Shown: positions 39,101 through 47,962 of the stretch, piece after piece | Numbering within the stretch: the first letter of the stretch is position 1 | Layout: every line of letters starts with the position of its first letter | Source of the DNA: a virus | Direction: 5' to 3' (one strand) | IMG/VR virus record: IMGVR_UViG_3300010885_072825 | Location: 75,591-139,590 of that record | DNA: 64,000 nucleotides | The notes under the pieces: generated by a model | Told to the model about the DNA's origin: nothing | Seen by the model: the letters and a program-made list of their open reading frames with translations, nothing else | The model's database searches: none | Position numbers and translations under genes: made by a program

Positions 39101-39744
39101 ATTGTTGTACCAGAAACAGTGCTTTTGAAATTAATACCAGGATAAATTTTATTGTCATTGGCAATGCCCGTAAACCCAGCTACAACCGGGTTTGGTAAAA
39201 ATGCGGCATCCTTGCTTATAATAGCAAACAATGTTCCACCAATCACTACTCGCCATACCTGATGACTTGTTCCTCCAGCATCAATTAACAAAACTGCATC
39301 AATTACACTGTGAGTTGGAACAGAAGTCGCAATAGGATCTGTGTTAACTGCTGATCCTTCGGGACCAACGAGTAACCAACTAGAGCCATTCCAAATATTC
39401 AGCTGTTGGTTTATAGTATCATACCAAAGAGACCCTGGACTGTTACCTGATGTTGGAGCAGTGGCTTGACTTATGACGCCACCAGTAGTTGCCCAAGCAG
39501 AACCATTCCAAACTTTTAGAAGCAATATGTTAGTATCATACCAAAGTTGTCCAACTAGTGGATTTTCAGGAGCTGTCAATCCTCCAAAATTTTCAAGTAT
39601 CCAAATCAAACCTTCCATTACGGTTTCACCATAGGGTTGATAGGATTTACCAGGTATTTTTATTGAAGCATGACTTGCATCTACCGTTCCATCTGCTACT
39701 TGTGTTAATAGTGTACCATCGAATTTAAATATATTGGTTGCCAT
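36172..39744 (-). CDS. Long tail fibre / tailspike with beta-helix region and gp53-like C-terminus
   Basis: LENF..P..GQLWYD N-terminus; YVSTAGND..PYRTIKAAL; GSGY..P repeats; GYVTLPGG.IIQWG. Confidence 0.85.
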   Translation of the reverse strand: MATNIFKFDGTLLTQVADGTVDASHASIKIPGKSYQPYGETVMEGLIWILENFGGLTAPENPLVGQLWYDTNILLLKVWNGSAWATTGGVISQATAPTSGNSPGSLWYDTINQQLNIWNGSSWLLVGPEGSAVNTDPIATSVPTHSVIDAVLLIDAGGTSHQVWRVVIGGTLFAIISKDAAFLPNPVVAGFTGIANDNKIYPGINFKSTVSGTTIIGDSTLFKSNQNNLPDSDNTRNLGSTSQRFANIYSNRAQFNQLGINTAPTSNQLAVSGKSLFSGPVTIGGGTANTAPMTYQIGTLTATPQLGAVEFDGVDFYFTNSSGGTPIRQVPLYSADATVSNRLYVSTAGNDANNGTVNKPYRTIKAALAAVAAGDTIILASGDYTEANPLYVPARVSIVGDNLRRVTVRPLYPQLDVFHTDSATYFYGFTVRDHQAPAAAVAFRCAIGLPTMSGNLVTGSGIVSSISAAWSPGSYSVAPAVFIEPPVDLTGVQATATANLVTGIQVVTVTSGGSGYTSPTATASGSITSDDAVLTVRTVGGVITAINVVTPGSGYTTGTGAFVTISDVTGVGATAIATVVANIIGSFTITNSGSKYSFVPTVSVPPPTPLTITVSPYIQNCSSITGPYDTTGKLITTLPPYNISAPGSGFTAVNPNGAGSGTRIDGQVLSNASVITSMVCDSYTQINQGGIGHLIINKGYAQFVSCFTTFSSVGFWARSGGVANISNSVVDFGTQGIRASGYYPVAYASGTVANTYNSTVAGVRIDVAGSGYSANFPVSFSGGGGSGASGNAIVNLGGVSTVQMNTSGSNYTSVPSVSFAAGSGTSATGTVILQSPNVLRISGLSNKPQNGTSALINSVFYNVIAATLVSGTTYDVQIQPAIVSVSSGTTVAFYNVSYISTGSLALEYPGSGVTFNALPAYGGVPDLTQKTISDYPGKVYYVTIDNTGNFSVGPYFGVDFATGTITLNANNINLSGISEIGPFSRNGVVAGVQLQEVSDDPSLTHVNASYDHTTAPTQYAVKGYITGKTIALAGAVSGSASISSSDTTSIVTTANSPVLRNVTAGYTSGGQVFITGSTPTASAAGDIWINTSGSGGGAQSLTGNGYVTLPGGCIIQWGQGTTDGGGNGTITFPITFPNTVFSVTATCNTSGAMVVIQYFGLSNSGCGVQTHYAQTSSYGLRPYTYIAVGY

Positions 39745-39822
39745 TCAGTCTACCATTTTTGAGTTGTCAATTATTTATCAATCGGTGATCTATTGGATAA
39801 ATAGTTGAAAGAGAGCAAAGAC

Positions 39823-40032
39823 ATGAGTGAATTCCAAGGCGAATATTATACCCAATCAGACGATAATTATGAAATGGCAAATATAAAAGATACTAGAAAG
39901 CCACGACTTACGTTAAAACATTTGAATAAACTTAAAAAAATGCGTGAAGCACAGGATTTAGAAAATCTAATTCGCGCAGATTTTTTGGAAATTATATATG
40001 GTACCCCACCTGAAAATACAGGAGGATTTTAA
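39823..40032 (+). CDS. Conserved jumbo-phage hypothetical protein
   Basis: DTRKPRLTLKHLNKLKK; late promoter. Confidence 0.7.
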   Translation: MSEFQGEYYTQSDDNYEMANIKDTRKPRLTLKHLNKLKKMREAQDLENLIRADFLEIIYGTPPENTGGF

Positions 40033-41024
40033 TGTCTTATAATTTAACCAAATCGAATGGTACACCATTTCTAGTTATTGCTGATTCAACGACCGACAAT
40101 ACTTCCACCAGTTTGACACTTGTTGGAAAAAATTCAGTTAATTTCGGACTAGCAGTCAACCAAAATTTTATCAACATGATGCAAAATTTTGCAAACAATA
40201 CAAGTCCCGTCAAACCATTAGTAGGGCAGCTTTGGTATGACATGGTGTCCCAACAATTAAAAATTTATTCTGGTACCAATTGGCAAGCTTTAGTACCAAG
40301 TTGGGATGGTATTGCAGGCACGATTGTTACTATAGCAAATAATGTTGAAATAACTTGTATTTTGAGTCAAGGTATTATTGTTGCAGTTGTGAGCCACCAA
40401 TCAATTGATCGGGCTGATTTACAAACATCCATCGTGTTAAATGGTATTACTTATGACTTTGGTGCTAGATTCCCTAATGGTATTAAACCTGGGTTCACAT
40501 TAGCAACTGACACAAATGGTTATCAACTAGTTGGATCAGCAAGTTCAGCAACCCAATGGACCAAACCTGTTACTGCTACATTCAATGGTGCAATAACTGG
40601 TACAATGACCATACAAGGTGGATCAAATATCACAGTCGCAACCAGTCTACCCAACCACTGGACTCCAAATACTTATACCAAAGTTATAGTATCAGGCAAT
40701 GGATTGGTAACTGGAGGCAATGTAACTTTAAATAGTTCTGATATTACAACTGCATTGACATATGTTCCTGTAAGCAATGTTGCAATAACCGGCTCTATTA
40801 CAGGAAATGCAGTTGTTGATTCAAATGGTCTAGCCACTATTATAACACAAAGCACTGGTATGGTCAATGTGGGGGATATTATACTCACAACAAATAGTTC
40901 AATCCCAGCTGGATGGGCAGTATGTAATGGACAAACAGTATCAACGCCAACTGGTTCTGTTGTCACACCAAATCTTGCCAACGTTGTAGTTGGTTCTACT
41001 CGGTATATAATGCGAACATATTGA
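40032..41024 (+). CDS. Baseplate or short tail-fibre structural protein
   Basis: TSLTLVGKN...NF...P..GQLWYD; collar-like C-terminus IPAGWAVCNG. Confidence 0.75.
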   Translation: MSYNLTKSNGTPFLVIADSTTDNTSTSLTLVGKNSVNFGLAVNQNFINMMQNFANNTSPVKPLVGQLWYDMVSQQLKIYSGTNWQALVPSWDGIAGTIVTIANNVEITCILSQGIIVAVVSHQSIDRADLQTSIVLNGITYDFGARFPNGIKPGFTLATDTNGYQLVGSASSATQWTKPVTATFNGAITGTMTIQGGSNITVATSLPNHWTPNTYTKVIVSGNGLVTGGNVTLNSSDITTALTYVPVSNVAITGSITGNAVVDSNGLATIITQSTGMVNVGDIILTTNSSIPAGWAVCNGQTVSTPTGSVVTPNLANVVVGSTRYIMRTY

Positions 41025-41114
41025 AAAAGCGCATTTTTAAAGCGTTTTTTACAATGTTTTCAATATAGTCATAAATAGTGTTTGAGTCTGTAACACTATT
41101 TAAAGGAGACGCAA

Positions 41115-42080
41115 ATGAGTAAAGGTAAACTAGAACAAGTTCTAGAATATTTGATGAATGACCAAGAAGATCAAGCCAAAGCTTTGATACATGAAATATT
41201 TCTAGAAAAAGCTCGTGCAATTCATGAATCCATGATGGAAGATGAAGACGAAATGGGCGGCGATGAAGAAGATGATTTCAAAAAGGACATCAAAGCTGGT
41301 GGTCATTCAGATGCTACTGAAGAGTTTGAAGAATTTGACGACGAAATTGAAAATGAAGAAATCAATATGGAATCCGAAGAAGATGATGAATTCTATTCAG
41401 ATGATGAATCAGCTGATATGGATGATGGCATGGAAATGGATTCTGATGACATGGAGATGTCAGATGAAGACGGAGACATGGATGGTGAATATGGCGAAAT
41501 CAACGACAAGATCGAGGATTTGGAACTTGCGCTTGATGCACTAAAGGCAGCATTCTCAGACATCAATGATGCCGACGAGGATGACATGACAGATGTCGAC
41601 ATGGCTGATAATGATGAAGACGAAGAAGTTGAGCATTCAGAAATGGATGACGATGAATTTGAAGACATGCTGGAAAGCTTAAACCTAGAAGTCTATGACG
41701 CTGACATCTACAAAAGCGGTAAAGCTGTTGGTGAAATCGGCGCTGGTAAATATGCCAAAGTCAAAGGCACAAGCGAAAGTCCTGTTCCAAAATCACAAAC
41801 CAGCCGCAATGGTGCTGGTCCAGTGAAATTTGATCGTGGTTCCAAAGTAACAGGATATCCTGAATGGGAAGACAAGGTTGGTTACGACAAAGCTGTTGCC
41901 AAAGAACTGAAGCACGGTGGTGATAACCGTCGTAAACGTGCAGAATCTGGTATGGAAGACCTCGAAGGCGCAAAGTATGGCCAAACAAAGAAAATGGGTT
42001 CTAAGATTGAATCCACCAAGTCTGAATTTGGTATTAAAGACCATTCAGCTTCACCATTTACAAAAACCCGTAAAATGTAA
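41115..42080 (+). CDS. Highly acidic prohead core / scaffold-like protein
   Basis: D/E-rich; late promoter; several L/M/I-x-E|S sites. Confidence 0.6.
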   Translation: MSKGKLEQVLEYLMNDQEDQAKALIHEIFLEKARAIHESMMEDEDEMGGDEEDDFKKDIKAGGHSDATEEFEEFDDEIENEEINMESEEDDEFYSDDESADMDDGMEMDSDDMEMSDEDGDMDGEYGEINDKIEDLELALDALKAAFSDINDADEDDMTDVDMADNDEDEEVEHSEMDDDEFEDMLESLNLEVYDADIYKSGKAVGEIGAGKYAKVKGTSESPVPKSQTSRNGAGPVKFDRGSKVTGYPEWEDKVGYDKAVAKELKHGGDNRRKRAESGMEDLEGAKYGQTKKMGSKIESTKSEFGIKDHSASPFTKTRKM

Positions 42081-42105
42081 TTATTGAAGAAGATTAATTA
42101 AATTA

Positions 42106-42135
42106 ATGAGCAGGAGTTTTCCTGCTCATTTTTTT
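42106..42135. terminator. Terminator between convergent genes
   Basis: AATGAGCAGGA..TCCTGCTCATTTTTT. Confidence 0.75.
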
Positions 42136-43769
42136 CATAATTCTACACGCCATAAACCAGCGGCAACAGTCTTGGGAACCACATTTGCCCAATAATCATC
42201 AAACTCTAAAATATTACTGTTGAATAAATTTTTCACATAATGTTTGCCGGTCGCAGCTGATGAATTAAAACTGATCACCCAAGATGTACCATTATATTCA
42301 ATTATATCATTTTCTGAAGCAGCGATTTGCCAATTTTGATTATTTACTTGTATTGATTCCAACAACAAGTATCTCTGCCCTAATGAAGCAATTGCCAATC
42401 CAGTACCTGGTATTACTTTATTGGGATCAATCACTGACAATACCGGATTCAAATTAGTGGCGGGAAGACTCGTGGGATTAATATTCCATGTCAATTTATT
42501 TTGATCAACAGCATCAATATCTATCCAACCTTCAATTTGGTAATCAGATTGAACTACATCAACCGCATCTAATATTTTAACTTTGCTGGCGGCCGCAGAG
42601 TATTGTTGATAAGTTTTCATATTACCATATGCCAACAATGTTCTATACCAAGAAATGGTTCCTCCGGGATAAACACCTGTAGATAATCCTAGGCTACTCA
42701 AAGGCGCTCCTAATCCATCTACAAATTGATTGTCTCCGCCAGTTGAATTAATGAAACATATTTTATTACCAACTTGATTTACTGAAAACAACGTGTTAAC
42801 CAAACTAGCATTGAATGATTTAATTACAGCTTCAATGTCAGTCGATGAAACTGTAAGTGTGATACCATTAAATTCAAAACTAGTTCCTATCACTAATAGT
42901 GGATTCAATTTGGAAAATGTCCAGGTTGGTAATTGGCCAGGATCAGTTGGATCTCCATTTGATGTAATTGATAATGAATATACCAGTGATGAAATTTGAC
43001 TAATAACCAGTGAATAATCACCAGGTGTGACCACGGTTTGATGCAGAAATTCAGTGGTATCCCATTCCATGTTATTTGGATCAAAGGTGCCTTCTGATAT
43101 GTTGACAATTATTTCTTCAATCAATTTTTGTGTTTTTATTTTGGCTGGAGGATTCAACCAAATTGGCACCTTAAATTTCAACGTTGATATGTCAATTGGC
43201 GTTTCTGTTCCCTGCGGAATAGTAACACTTGTCCAAGATATGGAATCAGTTAGTTCAATACTAGACAACATGGTCCAATCCAGTGGATTCATGCTGGTTT
43301 GAAAATCAATACGTGGGTTATACAATACTAATATTTGTTCCAGAAGTTGTTCTTTGATGTCAATATTATTAGTCCATATGCTGACATCAAAAGTCAAGTC
43401 ATAAGGGACCGGCATATATTTTTCAATAGTATATCGATTGCCTATTTGACTGGTATATCTCTGTTGTTCTTCATCATAGTATCGTTCATTTACTTGAGTA
43501 GTTTCCACAAATGTTGGGTTTTGCCGACGTTCACCACTCATTGAAAAATTTTCAATATAACAAGTTATGAATGGACAAGTAAGCATTGTATTTTCACTAT
43601 TGCCTTTTATAATAGATGCTGCAATACGAGTTTGTTCTCCATATCGACAAGGGACACGTCGCAATTCTGGGTTCGGTCCATTAGCACCAAACTGAACACT
43701 GAAATTACTGAATGCTCTAACAAACTGTAGCCTATATTGTCTTATTTGTGAATTATACCAAAAATCCAT
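42135..43769 (-). CDS. Tail sheath stabilizer/completion protein (T4 gp15-like) with C-terminal extension
   Basis: FWY..QIR.Y..QF...FS, VP..YG, PVPYDL, QLLEQILVLYNP. Confidence 0.8.
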   Translation of the reverse strand: MDFWYNSQIRQYRLQFVRAFSNFSVQFGANGPNPELRRVPCRYGEQTRIAASIIKGNSENTMLTCPFITCYIENFSMSGERRQNPTFVETTQVNERYYDEEQQRYTSQIGNRYTIEKYMPVPYDLTFDVSIWTNNIDIKEQLLEQILVLYNPRIDFQTSMNPLDWTMLSSIELTDSISWTSVTIPQGTETPIDISTLKFKVPIWLNPPAKIKTQKLIEEIIVNISEGTFDPNNMEWDTTEFLHQTVVTPGDYSLVISQISSLVYSLSITSNGDPTDPGQLPTWTFSKLNPLLVIGTSFEFNGITLTVSSTDIEAVIKSFNASLVNTLFSVNQVGNKICFINSTGGDNQFVDGLGAPLSSLGLSTGVYPGGTISWYRTLLAYGNMKTYQQYSAAASKVKILDAVDVVQSDYQIEGWIDIDAVDQNKLTWNINPTSLPATNLNPVLSVIDPNKVIPGTGLAIASLGQRYLLLESIQVNNQNWQIAASENDIIEYNGTSWVISFNSSAATGKHYVKNLFNSNILEFDDYWANVVPKTVAAGLWRVEL

Positions 43770-43770
43770 T

Positions 43771-44403
43771 TCACGCTTTCAATATGGTTAGAAATTCTTT
43801 ATAATTGGCTTCTCGTTCATCTTCTCCCAGATAACCACCATTAATTCTGCGAGTTACTTCCCGGAAGTTTGCATGATCTACCAAATCATTTAAATGGCGT
43901 GTCGTCCAAAACCAGCATGCTATTTCAACTGCCGTAACTTTATCAAGAGCTAGATCTGGATTATCAACCAATCGGTTATCATGAAATAAAAATTGACTTG
44001 CAGATTGATAATTTGCCTTGCCTGTAATTTGAATAATGCCTCGACCTCTATATCGCCATCCATCGCCAGATTCTGGAGCTCCATTTCCCAGTCGACTAGC
44101 ATATATACTGTTTGCAATCTTTTCTGGCTGTCGGGCTATTGATAGAGCAGAAGTTACTGTGGGAAAACGATTTGGAAAAGTTTTAGCCAGTCCGGCGGCA
44201 CTATAATTCAAATTTTCTAACAGAACCGTATAGTTTGAGCTTTCATGCGCAGTTTGTGCAAAAAATTCAGCAACTTGTTCAACCGTAACAATGTTATATT
44301 TTGGCAATACAGTTGACAATGCATCAAACCAAGCTGGTATTTCATGATTGTTATGTAAAATTTTTGCTAATTTATCTTGAGTAAAATTAAATGTAAATGT
44401 CAT
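43771..44403 (-). CDS. GH19 chitinase-class lysin
   Basis: AQTAHES, ENLNYS, GDGWRYRGRG.IQITG..NY, TRRINGG. Confidence 0.92.
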   Translation of the reverse strand: MTFTFNFTQDKLAKILHNNHEIPAWFDALSTVLPKYNIVTVEQVAEFFAQTAHESSNYTVLLENLNYSAAGLAKTFPNRFPTVTSALSIARQPEKIANSIYASRLGNGAPESGDGWRYRGRGIIQITGKANYQSASQFLFHDNRLVDNPDLALDKVTAVEIACWFWTTRHLNDLVDHANFREVTRRINGGYLGEDEREANYKEFLTILKA

Positions 44404-44412
44404 GTGATTCCC

Positions 44413-45516
44413 TTATATAATGTCTGGATCCAGTTTTGGCTTAACCGCAGTTCGAATGTTTTGTTTTTCTGGGTGCGTTGTGTCATCTGTGTAAGTAGTT
44501 ATCGAATCATTATTAATGAAAGTAATTAAAGTTTCATTTGTTGGTACCCAAGGCTGGCGATAGTCAATCTTGATTCTTTTCCACCGTTTGTCAGTCTTCT
44601 TATATAATATCGGGGGTTGATAATCCGTTCTTAGGAAGTAACTGCCAATTGCAGCATCCGGAAATGATTCACCTGAATCAACAGGTTTACTGCCATTTGG
44701 CGGAATACCATCTCCGGCCCAGATGGATTCTGGTTTGTCTAAATCTGCCGGCAATACATATAAATGTGCTGGTTGAAACGTTCTGAATTGCACTTGGTTT
44801 TCTGCTTCGGCAACAATTGCATCAGAAATTGCCAGTTCTTTATTATAGGTTGATAAAATGTCTGCCAACGTAGAAGGACCATTACCAGTTTTAATTGGGT
44901 CTCCATTTGTGTCAGTGGGGGGTAAATTCAAAATGTTTCTATATTCTTGCGTATCTGAGATGGGTTGACACCTAACTCGCCAAATATGACTTAGCCAATT
45001 GGGATCCCATCCTTCTGCTGGACGAGTTCCTTCATCAACCACGTAAAATTTGGATACTGCAATATCAGATCCCAACACCAAATCATCACGTAAATGAATT
45101 ACTTCAATCACATCACCCATCATCAATTTTCTACCAATCTGATTGACCATGTCATTTAAGTGAAATGTAATAGATAGAGTATCATTCGTAATTGTCATAC
45201 CAGCTAAGGTAAGTCCAAAATCATTGTCTGTAATTTGATAGTGTCCCATTAGTGAATAAATGTCAGGATCATATGTTCTGTCACGTATTTCCATGTTAAG
45301 AACATCTTGTATATCCAACTCTGGAATAATCGATTGACTAGTTGCTGTATTTGTTAATGTCGCATCACCATTTGCAGTCTGTGTTTCTGGACCCAAATAT
45401 TTGTGAATCCAAAATTCTACTCCACCGCGACGGTATTGTTCAGACACAATTCGATCCACAAATTTATAGTCCTTGGATTTTTTACCAAGTCCCTTCCAAA
45501 GGGTAAATTTAGACAT
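44413..45516 (-). CDS. Neck / head-completion protein (gp14-like)
   Basis: HKYLGP, IQD...EIRDR.YD, GRKLM.GDVIE; lies in the structural cluster. Confidence 0.65.
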   Translation of the reverse strand: MSKFTLWKGLGKKSKDYKFVDRIVSEQYRRGGVEFWIHKYLGPETQTANGDATLTNTATSQSIIPELDIQDVLNMEIRDRTYDPDIYSLMGHYQITDNDFGLTLAGMTITNDTLSITFHLNDMVNQIGRKLMMGDVIEVIHLRDDLVLGSDIAVSKFYVVDEGTRPAEGWDPNWLSHIWRVRCQPISDTQEYRNILNLPPTDTNGDPIKTGNGPSTLADILSTYNKELAISDAIVAEAENQVQFRTFQPAHLYVLPADLDKPESIWAGDGIPPNGSKPVDSGESFPDAAIGSYFLRTDYQPPILYKKTDKRWKRIKIDYRQPWVPTNETLITFINNDSITTYTDDTTHPEKQNIRTAVKPKLDPDII

Positions 45517-45574
45517 TGACTTTTCTTTCAAACATGCATATGATATTTATGCAGAAATTTGAAAGGTATATCTC

Positions 45575-45691
45575 GTGTTCCCATTTAAAAAGCCCCGACA
45601 TCTAGATGATGTGATTCTAGTGATTGGACTTGCGCCACAGGTTGGGGCAATTGTGTTTTTCGCTTATCTTTATTTGACAGGAAAAATCTAA
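45575..45691 (+). CDS. Small membrane peptide (38 aa)
   Basis: GTG start after AAGG; MFPFKKPRHLDDVILVIGLAPQVGAIVFFAYLYLTGKI. Confidence 0.4.
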   Translation: MFPFKKPRHLDDVILVIGLAPQVGAIVFFAYLYLTGKI

Positions 45692-45744
45692 TTTGATATA
45701 AATAAAATATGCTGGGTTCCAGCATATTTTTAGGAGATATAATT

Positions 45745-45876
45745 ATGTCATTATCAGATATTTTCCGTGCTTATAATCATGCTTGTGTCACTCACAACAA
45801 GGAAGATGAAAAGAAATGGTACTTGGAAATTTTGAAACTCAGCCTTCGTCGAGAACCAACTCAACGTGCTCGTTGA
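45745..45876 (+). CDS. Small late protein (43 aa)
   Basis: TATAAATA, hairpin and TAGGAG RBS; MSLSDIFRAYNHAC... Confidence 0.65.
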   Translation: MSLSDIFRAYNHACVTHNKEDEKKWYLEILKLSLRREPTQRAR

Positions 45877-45957
45877 TTTTTTGACTTGACAAACTGACTT
45901 TAGACGTTTATCCTTGTTGAAATCCTAGATAGGGATTTCCGATAGAGAGAGAAAACA

Positions 45958-46194
45958 ATGAACAACCAAGATCTAAAACGTGATTTTGAAAACATTCTAA
46001 CTGAAGTTCGGCTTGGAGAAATTGATAGCACGATTGGGCGAGTAATTATCGAAGCTGAAAAATATATTAGATATCTAGAAGATTTTGAAACTCGCGCTCG
46101 CAAGTTTGAAGCTGTTCTAGAAAAGATGGCAGCAACCAATGATCCAGAAATCAACAAGGTTCTGGAGACATATTTCAAGGAATTTGAAGCATGA
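45958..46194 (+). CDS. Hypothetical protein
   Basis: TTGACA-N17-TATCCT promoter upstream. Confidence 0.65.
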   Translation: MNNQDLKRDFENILTEVRLGEIDSTIGRVIIEAEKYIRYLEDFETRARKFEAVLEKMAATNDPEINKVLETYFKEFEA

Positions 46195-46754
46195 CCAAAT
46201 CTCACACCAAGTTTTTCCTAGTACTTGCAGGAGCAATTGCTATCGCGAGTACATCGATGACGCCTGCTTGGGCTCGTTTTTCTAGCAGCACTTATCACAG
46301 TAGCTCTAATTCATACCACAGTAATTCTAGTTCTAGTTCAACAAGTCGATATTCCAGTCCACGCTATTCTAGTTCAAATTACAAGTCTTCACCAGTAACC
46401 ACCACAAAGTATACCAGTTCTGGATATGTTTCCAGCGGATCAATTACCGCTAGTCGACCAATCCAGACCGCTCCAAATTATGCGAATCGATCCACATATA
46501 ATGCACCAACAACTACGTATGTGCATCATGACTCTGGGATTCTAGGCAACCCATTCTTTTGGATGTGGGCCATGGATCGTCATCAACAGCCTGTTTATGT
46601 GAATGGGGCGCAGCCTGCGGTTCAACAGGGCGCTACAGCAGACTATAGTTCACCGAATCCAATTGGTGCATTTTTTGGATGGTTGATCCAGCTAGCTATC
46701 CTTGTGGGAATTGGTTGGGCAATTTGGTATTTCTTTTTCCGAAAGAAATTTTAA
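46191..46754 (+). CDS. Exported Ser-rich membrane protein
   Basis: Signal peptide, Ser/Tyr-rich region, C-terminal TM segment. Confidence 0.7.
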   Translation: MTKSHTKFFLVLAGAIAIASTSMTPAWARFSSSTYHSSSNSYHSNSSSSSTSRYSSPRYSSSNYKSSPVTTTKYTSSGYVSSGSITASRPIQTAPNYANRSTYNAPTTTYVHHDSGILGNPFFWMWAMDRHQQPVYVNGAQPAVQQGATADYSSPNPIGAFFGWLIQLAILVGIGWAIWYFFFRKKF

Positions 46755-46769
46755 AAATATATAATCTCG

Positions 46770-47069
46770 ATGATCTATTCCAAAAAAGAATTTATTGGTC
46801 ACTTGATCAAACAATACCCCGGACAGGTCCGGACATTGGGACAAAAATTTCTCAATAAGTGGCCTGTCTGGGAATTTGTTTTGGTTCATCATTTAACCCA
46901 TTTGAAATGGCGTGTAGATCAAGAAAATTGGATAGAAAATCTCTGTGATCGAGTATCCAATGACGTTGAATTCAATATCAGTACTGGATACAAGGATAAT
47001 TGGCGAATTATCTATTTGACCTTTCATTCCAGGGAAGAGGCTTTTGAATTTCAAATGACTTATCTATGA
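46770..47069 (+). CDS. Hypothetical protein
   Basis: Ends F..REEAFEFQMTY, similar to the next ORF. Confidence 0.6.
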   Translation: MIYSKKEFIGHLIKQYPGQVRTLGQKFLNKWPVWEFVLVHHLTHLKWRVDQENWIENLCDRVSNDVEFNISTGYKDNWRIIYLTFHSREEAFEFQMTYL

Positions 47070-47356
47070 AAGTCAGATTAGTTGCTGACAAAATAAATCG
47101 CGATCATTCAACCAAATGGATGTATTCAATTTGGTGGCAAAATTTTTCAAAACATGATAAATTTCAAAAACAGTCAGAAACAAGACTCAATTCATATCCA
47201 CATATAGATGTTGATTCATATAGACAAGACTACAAAAATACTGCTAATGACTTGTTAAAATCATTCAATGGGGCATATAATTATACAGACAGTGAATTTA
47301 TTTTGGAATTTGAATCCGAAGAAGATTTCCTTGAATTTAAAATGACATGGAGTTGA
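47066..47356 (+). CDS. Hypothetical protein
   Basis: Ends FESEEDFLEFKMTWS. Confidence 0.6.
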   Translation: MKVRLVADKINRDHSTKWMYSIWWQNFSKHDKFQKQSETRLNSYPHIDVDSYRQDYKNTANDLLKSFNGAYNYTDSEFILEFESEEDFLEFKMTWS

Positions 47357-47856
47357 AATTGGAAATTATTGGTCCATTTGATTTTCAAGAATATGATGCA
47401 CATCAAATTGATTGCATCATCAGCAAATACCATCCATCCAATGATCGTTCAATCAAGCTACTAAATTTATTAAAATCGGCAACTGAAACTTCAACTGAAA
47501 CCGCAACTGAACAAATTGAGAAACGACAACAAAGTCGACGTCAACTGCTTTTTGATGAACAAATGCATATATGGACAAACGTTGAACGACCTCATATAAT
47601 TTTGGGAATAGAAAAATTATTTGAAACACGGATACGACAGCCATTCCATTTTATGCATATTGAAAGGCAACACAGCTATTCAACTCGAGATCACTCAAGC
47701 GTCATTGGGGTTGTTAATGGATTGGCTGATTTTGAGAAAACCAGTTATGTTTATCCCAAAGTTCAAAGAGTTACCTGGGGCATATTCTTAGCAGATAAAC
47801 CTGAATTAGAAGAGTTGAAGCAAGAAATCATACTTGAATGGAAATTCAATCAATAA
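47347..47856 (+). CDS. Hypothetical protein
   Basis: 169 aa, overlapping operon arrangement. Confidence 0.55.
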   Translation: MELKLEIIGPFDFQEYDAHQIDCIISKYHPSNDRSIKLLNLLKSATETSTETATEQIEKRQQSRRQLLFDEQMHIWTNVERPHIILGIEKLFETRIRQPFHFMHIERQHSYSTRDHSSVIGVVNGLADFEKTSYVYPKVQRVTWGIFLADKPELEELKQEIILEWKFNQ

Positions 47857-47906
47857 TTTTTCAATAGACTCTTGACAATACAATTGCTTATAAACATATG
47901 AAGCGC

Positions 47907-47962
47907 TGAACGGCATTAGGTGCGTTCAAAAATCAAATCTTGCTTTTAAAGGAGAACATATG
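47907..47962 (+). promoter_or_regulatory. ROSE-like RNA thermometer
   Basis: TCTTGCT-TTTAA-AGGAGA pairs the U(U/C)GCU motif with the SD; upstream TGAACG/CGTTCA hairpin. Confidence 0.65.
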
